NCBI GenBank assembly: GCA_934133165.1
Contig: CAKPAW010000001.1
Location: 238,873 to 302,872, forward strand
Direction of reading: 5' to 3'
DNA: 64,000 nt
Origin: an uncultured Clostridia bacterium
GTDB taxonomy: Bacteria > Bacillota > Clostridia > TANB77 > CAG-508
The notes under the pieces are model-generated. The model saw only the letters and a list, made by a program, of their open reading frames with translations. It did not search any database and was not told the origin of the DNA. The position numbers and the translations under genes are program-made. Shown piece after piece: positions 18,923 through 29,201 of the stretch; the stretch's first letter is position 1, and the number at the start of each line of letters is the position of its first letter.

Positions 18923-20635
18923 TTATGCATTTCTTTCGTATATAACAAAGTTATCATCTTTATATAATTGTTTATAGTTTTCATCTCTTGATAAAAACAT
19001 ATTTAGTTTTGCATTATTTACGACTATTACATGTGTAATTCCATATTTTTCGAATTTTGTTTCATAATATGTTCCTATAGATGAAATATTTATATAATCT
19101 GAGAAAATATCTCTTCCTTCTTCTCCATCTTTTTTATTAAATTCTGGAGCATATAAATCTGCTCTTGAATCTATAAATACTGGTATTCCCCTAAATAATA
19201 AATAACTTCCATAATTATATTCATTATATAATTTTATATTTTTAACATCTAAGTTTTCTAACATCCAATCAGCTGCTGCTACAGGATATTTTCTTTCATC
19301 AATGAACTTGTCATTTATTTTAGGTTTTATAAATACAAGACATATTAATACTACTAACGCTATAGTTATTACTTTTCCTACAATTGTATTTACTAATTTC
19401 ATGAATTTAATAGATCCTTCTTTATCATATTTATTAACTAAATATTCAATCCATTTTGCAAATATAAATACTCCTATCAATACTAGAAGTGAAACTTGTC
19501 TTCTAGACATAAAACCTAGGAAAATAAGTCCTGCTATCATGAATAAATCACTTAATTTGATTTTTACATCTGTAAATATTAATGTTGCAAGTACTAGTGC
19601 TAATACTATCATCGTAGCTTTATCATTATATAATGTTAATGGTTGATGTTCACTAATGCTTTTGGTTGTATTTCCTTGCATCGTTTTTACTAAATATGTA
19701 TAAGGAGTATCTCCAAGTGGTGTTAAAATTCCTGTAAATGCACATATAATCATAAGTAAAATTAACCATTTTACAGCATTATTTTTCTTAATTTTTACTC
19801 TATATGGATTTTCTCTTCTTTTGCTTTGCTTTTCTTTTACTTCAATTTCTCTTTCCTTAGTTTTTTCTAAGTTGATTTTTGCTTCTTCTAATTCTTTAAT
19901 AAGTATATTTTTCTTTTCTTCATCAGTTTCGCTTGCTAATTTCTTTTCTAGTTTTTTTACAGCCTTTTCTTTACTCTTTATTATTGATTTAGAAATTATA
20001 TCTGCGTCTAATATACATGCTATTATATATTCTGCTATATATGGCAAGAATAATATAAAGAAGAATGGCCATACTGCAACGTGTACATTTGCTATTATAA
20101 TTGATATTAGAATAATTCCTATAAAATATCTCTTTTTCTTTGTTTCTAAGAAACTCTCTATAAATAATATTGTAAGCACAAATAATATAAAAGTTACTAA
20201 TTGTGCACGTGCGGCTATAAAGTCTTTTAATAGGTACATTGCAAACATTGTTAATATAAATGAAATTAAGTTATTTTTACTTAATTTTGTTGCTGTTACG
20301 TATATTAATACACCTAGCACGCAAGCTAAAATTACAGTAGTAATGTAAATAAATAACATTCCTCCATCTGCTATTCCCGTGTTTTGTCCTAAATTATATA
20401 TTAGATATGTTGCTGTATCATATGCCCAGTGTGGATATGTATAAGGTAAATTTTCATGCCAAGAAAACGGATCTTGCATGTCTATTCCCTCATTTATAAT
20501 ATGCTCTCCAATTTTTATTGTATAATATGTATCATTTTGAAGTGTTACAGGTGCTAGTGAAAAGCTAAATAAAATTATACAAATAATCGCCAAAACATTA
20601 AATTTCATTTTTGTGTTTTTTTCTTCTGAATTCAT
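18923..20635 (-). CDS. polytopic membrane protein (570 aa) with an internal charged coiled-coil loop; possibly a glycosyltransferase-like membrane protein
   Basis: More than 10 TM helices plus a KEKAVKKLEKKLASETDEEKKNILIKELEEAK segment; function unassigned. Confidence 0.45.
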   Translation of the reverse strand: MNSEEKNTKMKFNVLAIICIILFSFSLAPVTLQNDTYYTIKIGEHIINEGIDMQDPFSWHENLPYTYPHWAYDTATYLIYNLGQNTGIADGGMLFIYITTVILACVLGVLIYVTATKLSKNNLISFILTMFAMYLLKDFIAARAQLVTFILFVLTILFIESFLETKKKRYFIGIILISIIIANVHVAVWPFFFILFLPYIAEYIIACILDADIISKSIIKSKEKAVKKLEKKLASETDEEKKNILIKELEEAKINLEKTKEREIEVKEKQSKRRENPYRVKIKKNNAVKWLILLMIICAFTGILTPLGDTPYTYLVKTMQGNTTKSISEHQPLTLYNDKATMIVLALVLATLIFTDVKIKLSDLFMIAGLIFLGFMSRRQVSLLVLIGVFIFAKWIEYLVNKYDKEGSIKFMKLVNTIVGKVITIALVVLICLVFIKPKINDKFIDERKYPVAAADWMLENLDVKNIKLYNEYNYGSYLLFRGIPVFIDSRADLYAPEFNKKDGEEGRDIFSDYINISSIGTYYETKFEKYGITHVIVVNNAKLNMFLSRDENYKQLYKDDNFVIYERNA

Positions 20636-20717
20636 TTTTTATCTAATCCTCCTATTTTTCATATGCCTAATTATATCTAAAAAACTTACTAATTACAAGC
20701 TATTTAAGATATTTTTT

Positions 20718-20819
20718 GAACTGTTTTCGGGGGACGGAGCAAAAAAACAGTTTGTAAAAATATTTTATTAGTTTTAGTTATTATACCTGTTTTTTTGCTC
20801 CGTCCCCCGAAAACAGTTC
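20718..20819. repeat. perfect 33-bp-arm inverted repeat (family Y) with a 36-bp AT-rich loop, between tsf and the membrane-protein gene
   Basis: gaactgttttcgggggacggagcaaaaaaacag ... ctgtttttttgctccgtcccccgaaaacagttc. Imperfect outer extension (aagctat...atagctt) reaches about 20690-20845. Confidence 0.65.
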
Positions 20820-20865
20820 AAAAAAATAAGCTATGATTTTAATATCATAACTTATTTTTCATTTA

Positions 20866-21750
20866 TTATCCGTTTATTTGTTTTGCAACTTCTTCAGCAA
20901 AGTTTTCTTCTCTTTTTTCTAGTCCTTCACCTTTTTCTAGTCTTGCAAATCTTATTATTTTAGCACCTTTAGATTCTACCATTTTTCCAACTTTTTGGTC
21001 TGGATCTTTAACAAATGGTTGCTCTACTAAACAAATTTCTCCGTAGAATTTTCCAATTCTTCCTTGTACCATTTTTTCTGCTATTTCAGCTGGTTTTCCT
21101 TCATTCATAGCTTGTGCTTTTAATATTTCCATTTCTTTTTCTACTCTTTCAGCTGGTACTGATTCTCTATCTAAATATTCAGGTCTAGCTGCTGCTATTT
21201 GCATACAAACATCTTTTGCTAATTCTTCTGTAGCATTTTCCATTTCAACTAAAACTGCTATTTTTCCATCTCCATGGATATAATCTTTAATCATTCCTGT
21301 CTTAGTTTCAAATCTTTCAAATCTACGAATTGACATATTTTCACCAATTGTAGCTATTTTGGATGTTAAAACTTCTGACACAGTTTTTCCTGGTTCAGCC
21401 ATTGATTCTTCAGCTAATAATTCTTCTACTGTTGCTGGTGCTTTATCAGCTATTTGTTTTGCAACATCTGCTACAAAACTTCTAAATTCTTCGTTTTTAG
21501 CAACGAAATCCGTTTCAGCGTTTACTTCTACTACAACACCTACTTTTTTATCTTCGCTTATGTAAGATGCTGCTAAACCTTCTGCTGCTATTCTTCCTGA
21601 TTTTTTAGCTGCTTTTGAAAGTCCTCTTTCACGTAATAATTCGATTGCTTTTTCTACGTCTCCATCTGTTTCTGTTAAAACTTTTTTGCAGTCCATCATG
21701 CCTGCACCTGTTCTTTCTCTTAAATCTTTAACTTGGCTAGCTGTAATCAT
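20866..21750 (-). CDS. tsf: elongation factor Ts
   Basis: MITASQVKDLRERTGAGMMDCKKVL... Confidence 0.92.
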   Translation of the reverse strand: MITASQVKDLRERTGAGMMDCKKVLTETDGDVEKAIELLRERGLSKAAKKSGRIAAEGLAASYISEDKKVGVVVEVNAETDFVAKNEEFRSFVADVAKQIADKAPATVEELLAEESMAEPGKTVSEVLTSKIATIGENMSIRRFERFETKTGMIKDYIHGDGKIAVLVEMENATEELAKDVCMQIAAARPEYLDRESVPAERVEKEMEILKAQAMNEGKPAEIAEKMVQGRIGKFYGEICLVEQPFVKDPDQKVGKMVESKGAKIIRFARLEKGEGLEKREENFAEEVAKQING

Positions 21751-21834
21751 TTTATTTCCTCCTTTTATATGTCATAAATTTTATTTTAAAAGGATAGAGC
21801 AGATAAAGGCTCTACCCTTTTTTATTTTCAAATA

Positions 21835-22608
21835 TTATTCTTCAGTAGCTTCTACTACTTCTTCGATGCTTTCTGGTTCTGCATCTTCGTTAACCATTTC
21901 TTCTGCTACGTCTGAATCCATAGATTCACCTTGTCTTCCTTCAATAATAGCATTTGCCATTGTATCAGCAATTAATTTTACTGCACGAATTGCATCATCA
22001 TTTCCTGGAATTGGGTAATCTAAATCTTCTGGATTGCAGTTTGTATCTATTAGTCCTACAACTGGAATTCCTAATTTTTTAGCTTCTAATATAGCTATTC
22101 TTTCTTTTTTAGGATCTACTACAAATAAAACTCCTGGAATTTCAGTCATTTCTTTAATTCCACCTAAGTTTTTCTCTAATTTTTCCATTTCTTTCTTTAA
22201 AAGAATTACTTCTTTTTTAGGTAATACTTCAAAAGTACCATCTTCTTGCATTGTTTCTAATTCTTTTAATCTTTCTACTCTTTTACGAATAGTTCCAAAG
22301 TTTGTTAGCATTCCTCCTAACCATCTTTGGTTAATGTAATACATACCGCTTTTTTCAGCAGCTTCTTTCATGCATTCTTGAGCTTGTTTTTTAGTTCCAA
22401 CAAATAGAACTGTTTTTCCTTCCTCAGCTTGCTCTTTCATAAATGCATATGCTTCATCTAATTTTTTAGATGTTTTTTGTAGGTCTATAATGTGAATACC
22501 ATTTCTTGCTTGGAAAATGTATTCTGCCATTTTAGGATCCCATCTTCTTGTTTGATGTCCAAAATGAACACCAGCTTCTAGTAATTGTTTCATTGCAACT
22601 ACTGCCAT
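21835..22608 (-). CDS. rpsB: 30S ribosomal protein S2
   Basis: [27 protein letters not shown]... Confidence 0.92.
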   Translation of the reverse strand: MAVVAMKQLLEAGVHFGHQTRRWDPKMAEYIFQARNGIHIIDLQKTSKKLDEAYAFMKEQAEEGKTVLFVGTKKQAQECMKEAAEKSGMYYINQRWLGGMLTNFGTIRKRVERLKELETMQEDGTFEVLPKKEVILLKKEMEKLEKNLGGIKEMTEIPGVLFVVDPKKERIAILEAKKLGIPVVGLIDTNCNPEDLDYPIPGNDDAIRAVKLIADTMANAIIEGRQGESMDSDVAEEMVNEDAEPESIEEVVEATEE

Positions 22609-22856
22609 TTTTCATTCCTCCTTTTAGTTTTACCTCCACATTATTTCAAGCATTTAAAAAGACTTGTATGTTTTATACAAGCACTCTTTTTAAACTAATA
22701 AAGTGTGTGTATTTTTAACGTTCATTATTTTATCACAAAAAGCTTGCAAAAGCAAGTCTTTTTTAACAAAAACATAATTTTTTCAAATAGTTCTTTTAAA
22801 CGAAGAATTTTTTCTTTATTATACGTAATATGCACTGGTACAACCAGTGCATATTA

Positions 22857-23108
22857 TTAATTATATTTTTTCTCTCTTATAGCTGTTTGAATTTCAACAA
22901 TTGCACTTATTACAAAATATGTAATAAATAACATTGCAAAAGAGCCTTCAATTGCTGTGCTAATGCAAAATCCAATTTTTATAAATACATTAACCTTATC
23001 ATTTACTACAGCCATTCCTCCTAAAAAAGCTCCAATGATAGTCCCTATTATCATTATAAAAATAATAATAATATTTGCTTCTTTCCTTTCGAGATCTCTC
23101 CGTTTCAT
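22857..23108 (-). CDS. small membrane protein (83 aa)
   Basis: Two TM helices; no family recognised. Confidence 0.4.
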   Translation of the reverse strand: MKRRDLERKEANIIIIFIMIIGTIIGAFLGGMAVVNDKVNVFIKIGFCISTAIEGSFAMLFITYFVISAIVEIQTAIREKKYN

Positions 23109-23318
23109 TATTTTCTCCTTTCGCTATTTTACAAAAGAATATACTAGTTAACTTGTTACACATACATTTTAACATACTTTTCAATTCTTATCAATATTTA
23201 TCTCTTTATATTAATTAAATTTCTATTTTTCTTCCTTTTTAAACATTTTCTGATAAAATTATTGACAAAATATCATAATTTGATTTAATATATAAGAGTA
23301 AAGTTTAGGAGGAAAATT

Positions 23319-23582
23319 ATGGATTTAAATAGATGTAAAAGATGTGGCGCTTTCTTTGCTTCAAATGACTGCGTTTGCCCTAATTGTAAAACAAAAGATA
23401 TAAGTGATTTAGCTAAATTAGAAACATTTTTACAAGAAAATGATTTACCTTCTTCAATTGATACTTTAGCAAACAGTACTGGTATTTCTGCAAAAAATTT
23501 AAATCGCTTTATTAGTGAAAATGATTTTTCAGCATATGGTGTAAATTTTGATATTTTGAAAAATGGAAATACCAATTTATAA
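23319..23582 (+). CDS. zinc-ribbon protein (CxxC...CxxC), possibly of the YvyF/TIGR03826 type
   Basis: Strong AGGAGGAAAATT RBS; CKRCGAFFASNDCVCPNC at the N-terminus. Confidence 0.5.
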   Translation: MDLNRCKRCGAFFASNDCVCPNCKTKDISDLAKLETFLQENDLPSSIDTLANSTGISAKNLNRFISENDFSAYGVNFDILKNGNTNL

Positions 23583-23729
23583 TATTAACTTTGATATAAA
23601 ATTAAAACCCTAATTTTATATATAAAAAGAACAACCTATATTTTTATAAGTTGTTCTTTCTTTTTATATTCTAGGAAAGTTATCATATTTTATTAAATTA
23701 TACTATCTTCTTATATAATTATGATTATT

Positions 23730-25025
23730 TTAAATTATTCCTAAAATCATTTTTTCTTTTTCTACTTTTTTATCTGTTATTGTAATAGCTTGCTTTATCA
23801 TCTCTTTAGCTTCTTCTATTTTTTCTTTGCTATTTGAATATAATATTGCTACTATATCTTCTTTTTTTATATAATCTCCTACTTTTTTATTTACTATTAT
23901 TCCTGCTGACATATCTATTTTATCTTCTTTTTTTATTCTTCCTGCTCCCAAATAACATGCAATTTTTCCTATTTTTTCTGCATCTATTTTACTTATATAG
24001 CCTTCTTCAAATGTTATACTTTCTTGATATCTTGCTTTTTCAAACTTTTCTGTATTTTCACAATAAGATATATCTCCGCCTTGTCTATGTATTAATTCAA
24101 CAAATTTCTTATATGCCTTTCCAGAATTAACACAATTTTCTATTTCTATCTTATTTTTCTCTATGTCTTCACCTTTTCCTGCAAGTTTAAGTATATAACT
24201 TCCTAATTCTAGTACTACCTCTTTAACATCTTCTGGCATATTTCCTTTTAACGAATTTATTGTTTCTATCATTTCTAAACTATTTCCCACAGCATTTCCT
24301 AAAGGTTCATTCATATTGGTAATTATACATATAGTTTCTTTTCCTGCAAGTTCTCCTATTTGTTTCATAACTTTTGAAAGTTTTACAGCTTCTTCTTTAT
24401 TTTTCATAAATGCTCCACTTCCACATGTTACATCTAAAACTACTTTATTTGCTCCAGCTGCTATTTTCTTACTCATTATACTAGATGCTATAAGTGGAAT
24501 ACTATCTGTACAAGAAATTGTATCTCTTAATGCATATAGCTTTTTATCTGCTGGTGCTAAATTTGCAGTTTGTGTTATTAAGCTTATTCCTATTTCTTTA
24601 ACATTATTTCTAAATTCTTCTTCACTTATATTTGTTCTATAACCTGGTATAGATTCTAACTTGTCTGCTGTTCCCCCTGTAAACCCTAATCCTCTGCCAG
24701 ACATCTTCGCAACTACTACTCCTAAAGCTGCCATTATAGGCATTAAAATTAGTGTTATTTTGTCTCCAACTCCACCTGTTGAGTGTTTATCTACAACTAT
24801 TCCTAATTCAGATAAATCTAGTACATCTCCTGAATTTGCCATTGCTATTGTAAGATAAGTTGTTTCTTCTTTTGTCATTCCATTTAAATATATTGCCATT
24901 ACTAATGCTGCTGCTTGATAGTCTGCAATATTTCCATTAGTATAATTTTTTATAAAATATTCTATCTCTTCTTTTGATAACTCTTTTTGGTCTCTTTTCT
25001 TTGAAATAATATCTAAAATATTCAT
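23730..25025 (-). CDS. pdp: pyrimidine-nucleoside (thymidine) phosphorylase
   Basis: HSTGGVGDK phosphate-binding motif. Start moved to the internal MNILDIISKKRD (GAGGA RBS), which removes a 43-nt overlap with rnhB. Confidence 0.85.
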   Translation of the reverse strand: MNILDIISKKRDQKELSKEEIEYFIKNYTNGNIADYQAAALVMAIYLNGMTKEETTYLTIAMANSGDVLDLSELGIVVDKHSTGGVGDKITLILMPIMAALGVVVAKMSGRGLGFTGGTADKLESIPGYRTNISEEEFRNNVKEIGISLITQTANLAPADKKLYALRDTISCTDSIPLIASSIMSKKIAAGANKVVLDVTCGSGAFMKNKEEAVKLSKVMKQIGELAGKETICIITNMNEPLGNAVGNSLEMIETINSLKGNMPEDVKEVVLELGSYILKLAGKGEDIEKNKIEIENCVNSGKAYKKFVELIHRQGGDISYCENTEKFEKARYQESITFEEGYISKIDAEKIGKIACYLGAGRIKKEDKIDMSAGIIVNKKVGDYIKKEDIVAILYSNSKEKIEEAKEMIKQAITITDKKVEKEKMILGII

Positions 25026-25036
25026 AATTTTATCCT

Positions 25037-25663
25037 CTATTTTATATTTTTCGTAAAACTTCTTCTGTGTATTGGACATAGTCCATATTCTCTTATTGCT
25101 TGCATATGCATCGCTGTACCATAACCTTTGTGCTTTTCAAAGCCATACATAGGATAAATTTCATCCCACTGACGCATTATTCTATCCCTTGTAACTTTTG
25201 CAATAATTGATGCCGCTGCTATTGAATAACATTTTGCATCTCCTTTTATTATTGGAGTATATGGTATTCCTAAAGTATCTATTTTATCTAAAGCATCTAC
25301 TATAATTCTATCTGGTTTAACTTTCAACTCTTTTATTGCTGTTGTTAGTCCTTTTTTTGTAGCATTTAAAATATTTATTTCGTCTATTTCTTTTTGATCT
25401 ATTATACCTACTCCCCACGCTATAGCTTCATTTGTTATTTGCTCATATAAAGCTTCTCTTTTTTTCTCTGAAACTTTTTTAGAGTCATTCACTCCTTCTA
25501 TAAATGAATCTTTTGGCATAATTACAGCAGCTACTACAACAGGTCCTGCTAAAGGTCCACGACCTGCTTCATCTATTCCACAAATTGTCTGTACTCCTGT
25601 TTTATAAATTTCGTTTTCTATTTTTTTTAATTCAGTTAATCTTTGTTCTTCTTTTTCCTTCAT
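25037..25663 (-). CDS. rnhB: ribonuclease HII
   Basis: ICGIDEAGRGPLAGPVV and DSKK motifs. Confidence 0.88.
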   Translation of the reverse strand: MKEKEEQRLTELKKIENEIYKTGVQTICGIDEAGRGPLAGPVVVAAVIMPKDSFIEGVNDSKKVSEKKREALYEQITNEAIAWGVGIIDQKEIDEINILNATKKGLTTAIKELKVKPDRIIVDALDKIDTLGIPYTPIIKGDAKCYSIAAASIIAKVTRDRIMRQWDEIYPMYGFEKHKGYGTAMHMQAIREYGLCPIHRRSFTKNIK

Positions 25664-25741
25664 TTAAATTTCCTCTGATACTCTTTTATTATTTTTCCTA
25701 GTTATTTTTATTTAAATGCTATTTTATATTATTGATTTTTT

Positions 25742-26302
25742 CTATTCTTCACTTTCCTCAGTTGTCTCGTTTTCAGTTGTTGTTTCATTCGTTGTCTCAT
25801 TTATGACTTCATTTTGATTTTCCTTTTTACTATTAGCTTCTTTGATTTCAGTTAATTTGTAATATGTGTTATTTTCTATAGTAATTCCCTTTGCATAGAT
25901 AATTTCATCTGTATTGTAATTTACTATATAAAAACCATCTCTTATTTTTACATCTGTTAATCCCATTTCATCTAAAGTCTGTTTGTCTATTATATAATAC
26001 TTTGAAAAATCTTTTTCTTCTTTTGATATTACACTATCTTCTAATAGTTTTTTTATAGTCTCATTTTCTAAATTTTCTTCTATTTTTTTACCTTTTAAAC
26101 CATCATCATTTCCTTCTACGATAGCTTCTTTTGATAGTACTTTTACTTTTCCTTGAATTAATAGCATATCTGTTTCATACATTTTTAATACTTCATCTTC
26201 TAGTTTTATTTTTGAAAAAAATAATGTACATATAACAAGTCCAATAATTACTACAATAGCTAAAATCCAAGCAATATGTGACATTCCGTTTTGACTTTTC
26301 AT
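25742..26302 (-). CDS. membrane-anchored hypothetical protein with a T/E-rich C-terminal tail
   Basis: One N-terminal TM helix, no recognised domain. Confidence 0.4.
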   Translation of the reverse strand: MKSQNGMSHIAWILAIVVIIGLVICTLFFSKIKLEDEVLKMYETDMLLIQGKVKVLSKEAIVEGNDDGLKGKKIEENLENETIKKLLEDSVISKEEKDFSKYYIIDKQTLDEMGLTDVKIRDGFYIVNYNTDEIIYAKGITIENNTYYKLTEIKEANSKKENQNEVINETTNETTTENETTEESEE

Positions 26303-26485
26303 TTTATTTCATTCCTTTCACAAAATACAATTTTATAATTAAATATATGTATTTTTTCAATACTTATTATATATTGACAATCTAATAAAATCAATATAAT
26401 ATAACATTATTTTCACACGTTTTTCACAATTATGTTGTATGCTATGTGTAAATTAGGAAAAAATAATTAAAAAGGAGTTTTTATT

Positions 26486-27727
26486 ATGGAAAAAAATGAT
26501 AATATTATTGAAGGTGAAAAAGTAGAAGAAAGTAAAACTGAATACAAACCTATAGGGACAATTTCAGTAAAAAAAGATAAGAATAATTCAAATTTTGGAA
26601 AGCAAGTGTTTGTTCCTTTCTTATCAGGCATTGTAGGAGCTGGCCTTGTAGTAGGAATATGTTTTGGGATTCCTAGTATAAGAAACGACATTATAAAATC
26701 AGATAATAATTCTTCTAATGCAATTTCTACAAATACTTCTAACGGCACTATTTCTGCCATTTCATTAGAAAAATTTTCAGATACTGGTATAGGTGTTGCA
26801 AATAAGGTTCTACCATCTGTTGTTGGTATAAAGGTAGAATATTCTGTATCTTCTATATTTTATAGAAACATGTCTAGCACTGCTACTGCTGAAGGTTCAG
26901 GTGTTATTATTAGAGAAGATGGATATATTTTAACAAATAATCACATTGTAAACACAAGCTCTTCTTCTAATTTTTATGAAGTCGGAAAAGCAAATAAAGT
27001 AACTGTTTATTTATATAATGATGAAACACCTTATGAAGCTACAATTGTAGGTACAGATGAACAAACTGATTTAGCTGTTTTAAAAATAGAGAAAACAGGT
27101 CTAACAGCTGCCACTCTTGGTGATTCAGATAATGTTAAAGTTGGTGAATTTGCTATGGCAATTGGTAATCCTTTAGGTATGCAAAGTAGTGTTTCTTCTG
27201 GAATAATTAGTGCTGTTAATAGAAAAGTTACTTCAGACAATAAAACTTATACTTTAATTCAAACAGATGCTGCTATAAATTCAGGTAACAGTGGCGGAGC
27301 TTTAGTAAATAGTAATGGTGAAGTTATTGGAATTAACACATTAAAAATGTCTGGTTCTGGAATAGAAGGAATGGGATTTGCAATTCCTATTAATTCAACT
27401 AAAACTATATATGAACAACTTATTCAATATAACAAAGTTAAAAGACCTTATATTGGTATATCTGGTAGAGACTTAGATGAAGAAACAGCAAAAGCAAACA
27501 ATTTAGTAGTTGGAGTATATGTTATTTCTGTTGATGAATTTTCTAGTGCTGAAAAGGCTGGAATAAAAATAGGTGACGTTATAACAAAAATAGATGGAAA
27601 AGAAATTAAAACTATGGAGGAACTTAATGAAGTTAAAAATTCTCATTCTATAGGAGACGAGATCACTTTAACTATTAATCGTAGCGGAAATGAAAAAGAA
27701 TTTAAACTTACTCTTCAAGAACAATAA
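26486..27727 (+). CDS. htrA: HtrA/DegP-family serine protease with PDZ domain
   Basis: Trypsin-like triad context (TNNHIV, TDLAVLKI, GNSGGALVN) plus a C-terminal PDZ domain; AAAGGAG RBS. Confidence 0.85.
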   Translation: MEKNDNIIEGEKVEESKTEYKPIGTISVKKDKNNSNFGKQVFVPFLSGIVGAGLVVGICFGIPSIRNDIIKSDNNSSNAISTNTSNGTISAISLEKFSDTGIGVANKVLPSVVGIKVEYSVSSIFYRNMSSTATAEGSGVIIREDGYILTNNHIVNTSSSSNFYEVGKANKVTVYLYNDETPYEATIVGTDEQTDLAVLKIEKTGLTAATLGDSDNVKVGEFAMAIGNPLGMQSSVSSGIISAVNRKVTSDNKTYTLIQTDAAINSGNSGGALVNSNGEVIGINTLKMSGSGIEGMGFAIPINSTKTIYEQLIQYNKVKRPYIGISGRDLDEETAKANNLVVGVYVISVDEFSSAEKAGIKIGDVITKIDGKEIKTMEELNEVKNSHSIGDEITLTINRSGNEKEFKLTLQEQ

Positions 27728-27735
27728 TTAAAATC

Positions 27736-27788
27736 AAAAATAGAAATTCAATATTTCGAAATCAAAGATATTGAGTTTCTATTTTTTA
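27736..27788 (+). terminator. htrA intrinsic terminator
   Basis: Roughly 19-bp interrupted stem (aaaaatagaaattcaatat...atattgagtttctattttt), then a T-run. Confidence 0.6.
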
Positions 27789-27982
27789 GTTCATAGAATA
27801 ATTAGTACAAATTCTAAAATAGTTTTTTATAACCAAAGGCTTTTTTTGCCTAAAATTTTTAATAATTTTCACAAATATTTTCTATTTGTTCACAAAATGG
27901 TCAAATAACTTTAGTATATTATATTTGTAGTTAGTAAATAAATTTTACCCTTTTATTTACGAAACATCCCCTTTTATTTTCT

Positions 27983-28012
27983 TAAAAAACAGCCTATATA
28001 AACTAGGCTGTT
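27983..28012 (-). terminator. terminator of the M23 peptidase gene
   Basis: aacagcct/aggctgtt stem with flanking A/T runs. Confidence 0.5.
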
Positions 28013-28015
28013 TTT

Positions 28016-28726
28016 TTATTTATATAAATATTTTTGTGGATTTACTTGTGCTCCATCTTTACGTATTTCAAAGTGTAAATGGTTACCAGTAGAATATCCT
28101 GTAGATCCAACAGCTGCTATCTCATCTCCTGCTGTAACTTCTTGACCTTTTGTTACATATATTTTACTACAATGTCCGTAATATGTTTCAACACCATTTC
28201 CATGAGAAATGATAACTAAGTTTCCATATCCTCCCATTGTTCCTGCAAATTTAACTATACCATCTGCTGCTACTTTAATTGGTGTTCCATTTGGTGCTGC
28301 AATATCCATTCCCATATGTGCATGGTCACGTATACTTTCTACTGCACCAAAACGTGATGTGATATTTCCTGTTACTGGCTTTACTGAAAAATATATGCCA
28401 TTAAATGTTGATGACTCTATTTTTTCATATTCTTCTTCTAATTTTGTTTGTACATTAGAAGCTACTTCTACTTTACTTTCAAGTTCTTCTAAATTCTGTG
28501 TATATATTTCTTGCATTGAAATTTCTGCATTTTCTTGCTTTTCTTTTATACTATTTATAATCTCTTCCGCTTCACTCTTAGAAGATACATATGTTGTACT
28601 TCCTTTTTCTAGAGTAACTGCATACATTTTGTATGTTACAACTGCTGATTCTTGAATTTTATTAAATATTTCTTCCTCTGATGTTTCTTTATTATTTTCT
28701 ATAAATAATAAATTATATTTTGGCAT
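28016..28726 (-). CDS. M23 family peptidase, catalytic portion; its N-terminal membrane anchor lies upstream out of frame (see the 28951-28976 features)
   Basis: HAHMGMDIAAP...GNHLHFEI M23 motifs. The same frame stays open back to 28955 with no start codon. Confidence 0.75.
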   Translation of the reverse strand: MPKYNLLFIENNKETSEEEIFNKIQESAVVTYKMYAVTLEKGSTTYVSSKSEAEEIINSIKEKQENAEISMQEIYTQNLEELESKVEVASNVQTKLEEEYEKIESSTFNGIYFSVKPVTGNITSRFGAVESIRDHAHMGMDIAAPNGTPIKVAADGIVKFAGTMGGYGNLVIISHGNGVETYYGHCSKIYVTKGQEVTAGDEIAAVGSTGYSTGNHLHFEIRKDGAQVNPQKYLYK

Positions 28727-28950
28727 TTCTTTAATATCTACAAATGCTACATTTTCTTGGTCTATATTTAATATTTCATCATTTATTAGTTGTTCAAATT
28801 CATTTTTATTTAATATATATCCAACTTCTTCTCCTGAAATTGTTACTTTATATGCTGGTTTGTATTTAAGTAATATAAATGCAACAATTAAGATAAGAGC
28901 TACTGCTATAATACTAATTAGTCTTACTATACACTTTGTATAGTTTTTTA

Positions 28951-28964
28951 GTTTAAAGTTTAAA
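28951..28964. repeat. 7-bp tandem duplication (GTTTAAA x2) that frameshifts the M23 peptidase N-terminus
   Basis: The ATG at complement 28974-28976 has an AAGGAGA RBS and a TTGCAA-17-TATAAT promoter (29005-29033). It reads MNLYFKL-stop. Removing one heptamer gives MNLYFKLKNYTKCIVRLISIIAVALILIV..., in frame with the peptidase. Confidence 0.7.
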
Positions 28965-29004
28965 ATATAAATTCATCTCCTTCTCGTCTCACACGATAGT
29001 ATTT

Positions 29005-29033
29005 ATTATACTATATATTTTAAACATTTGCAA
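29005..29033 (-). promoter_or_regulatory. promoter of the frameshifted M23 peptidase gene
   Basis: Minus-strand TTGCAA, 17 nt, TATAAT. Confidence 0.5.
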
Positions 29034-29201
29034 ACAAAGTATTCCATTTTGACTAAATTTTATTCGTTTTAATTGGTATATATTTATATTATTTGAAATT
29101 ATTGGTACTTTAACTTTATTTTGCTATTATTTTCTTTATTTTTCTCAAGATATCGTTTTGTATTTATTTAATATTCTCCATAATTCAGATTTGTTAGTTT
29201 C

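Noticed and set aside
19821-20348. 175-aa plus-strand ORF inside the membrane-protein gene
   Set aside because: It is antisense to a 570-aa polytopic membrane protein ORF, with low-complexity S/F/I-rich translation typical of AT-rich antisense frames.
22829-22855. Palindrome atatgcactggtacaaccagtgcatat upstream of rpsB
   Set aside because: There is no T-run on either strand. It may be a leader structure or operator, but there is nothing to anchor a call.
23285-23575. 96-aa minus-strand ORF
   Set aside because: It overlaps the zinc-ribbon gene on the opposite strand. The plus-strand gene has a perfect AGGAGG RBS and a CxxC...CxxC architecture, and the minus ORF has neither.
26428-26447. TTTTCACA-N8-TTTTCACA direct repeat upstream of htrA as a CssR/WalR-type site
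   Set aside because: It is too short and is AT-rich background, and it does not match TGTWAH-N5-TGTWAH.
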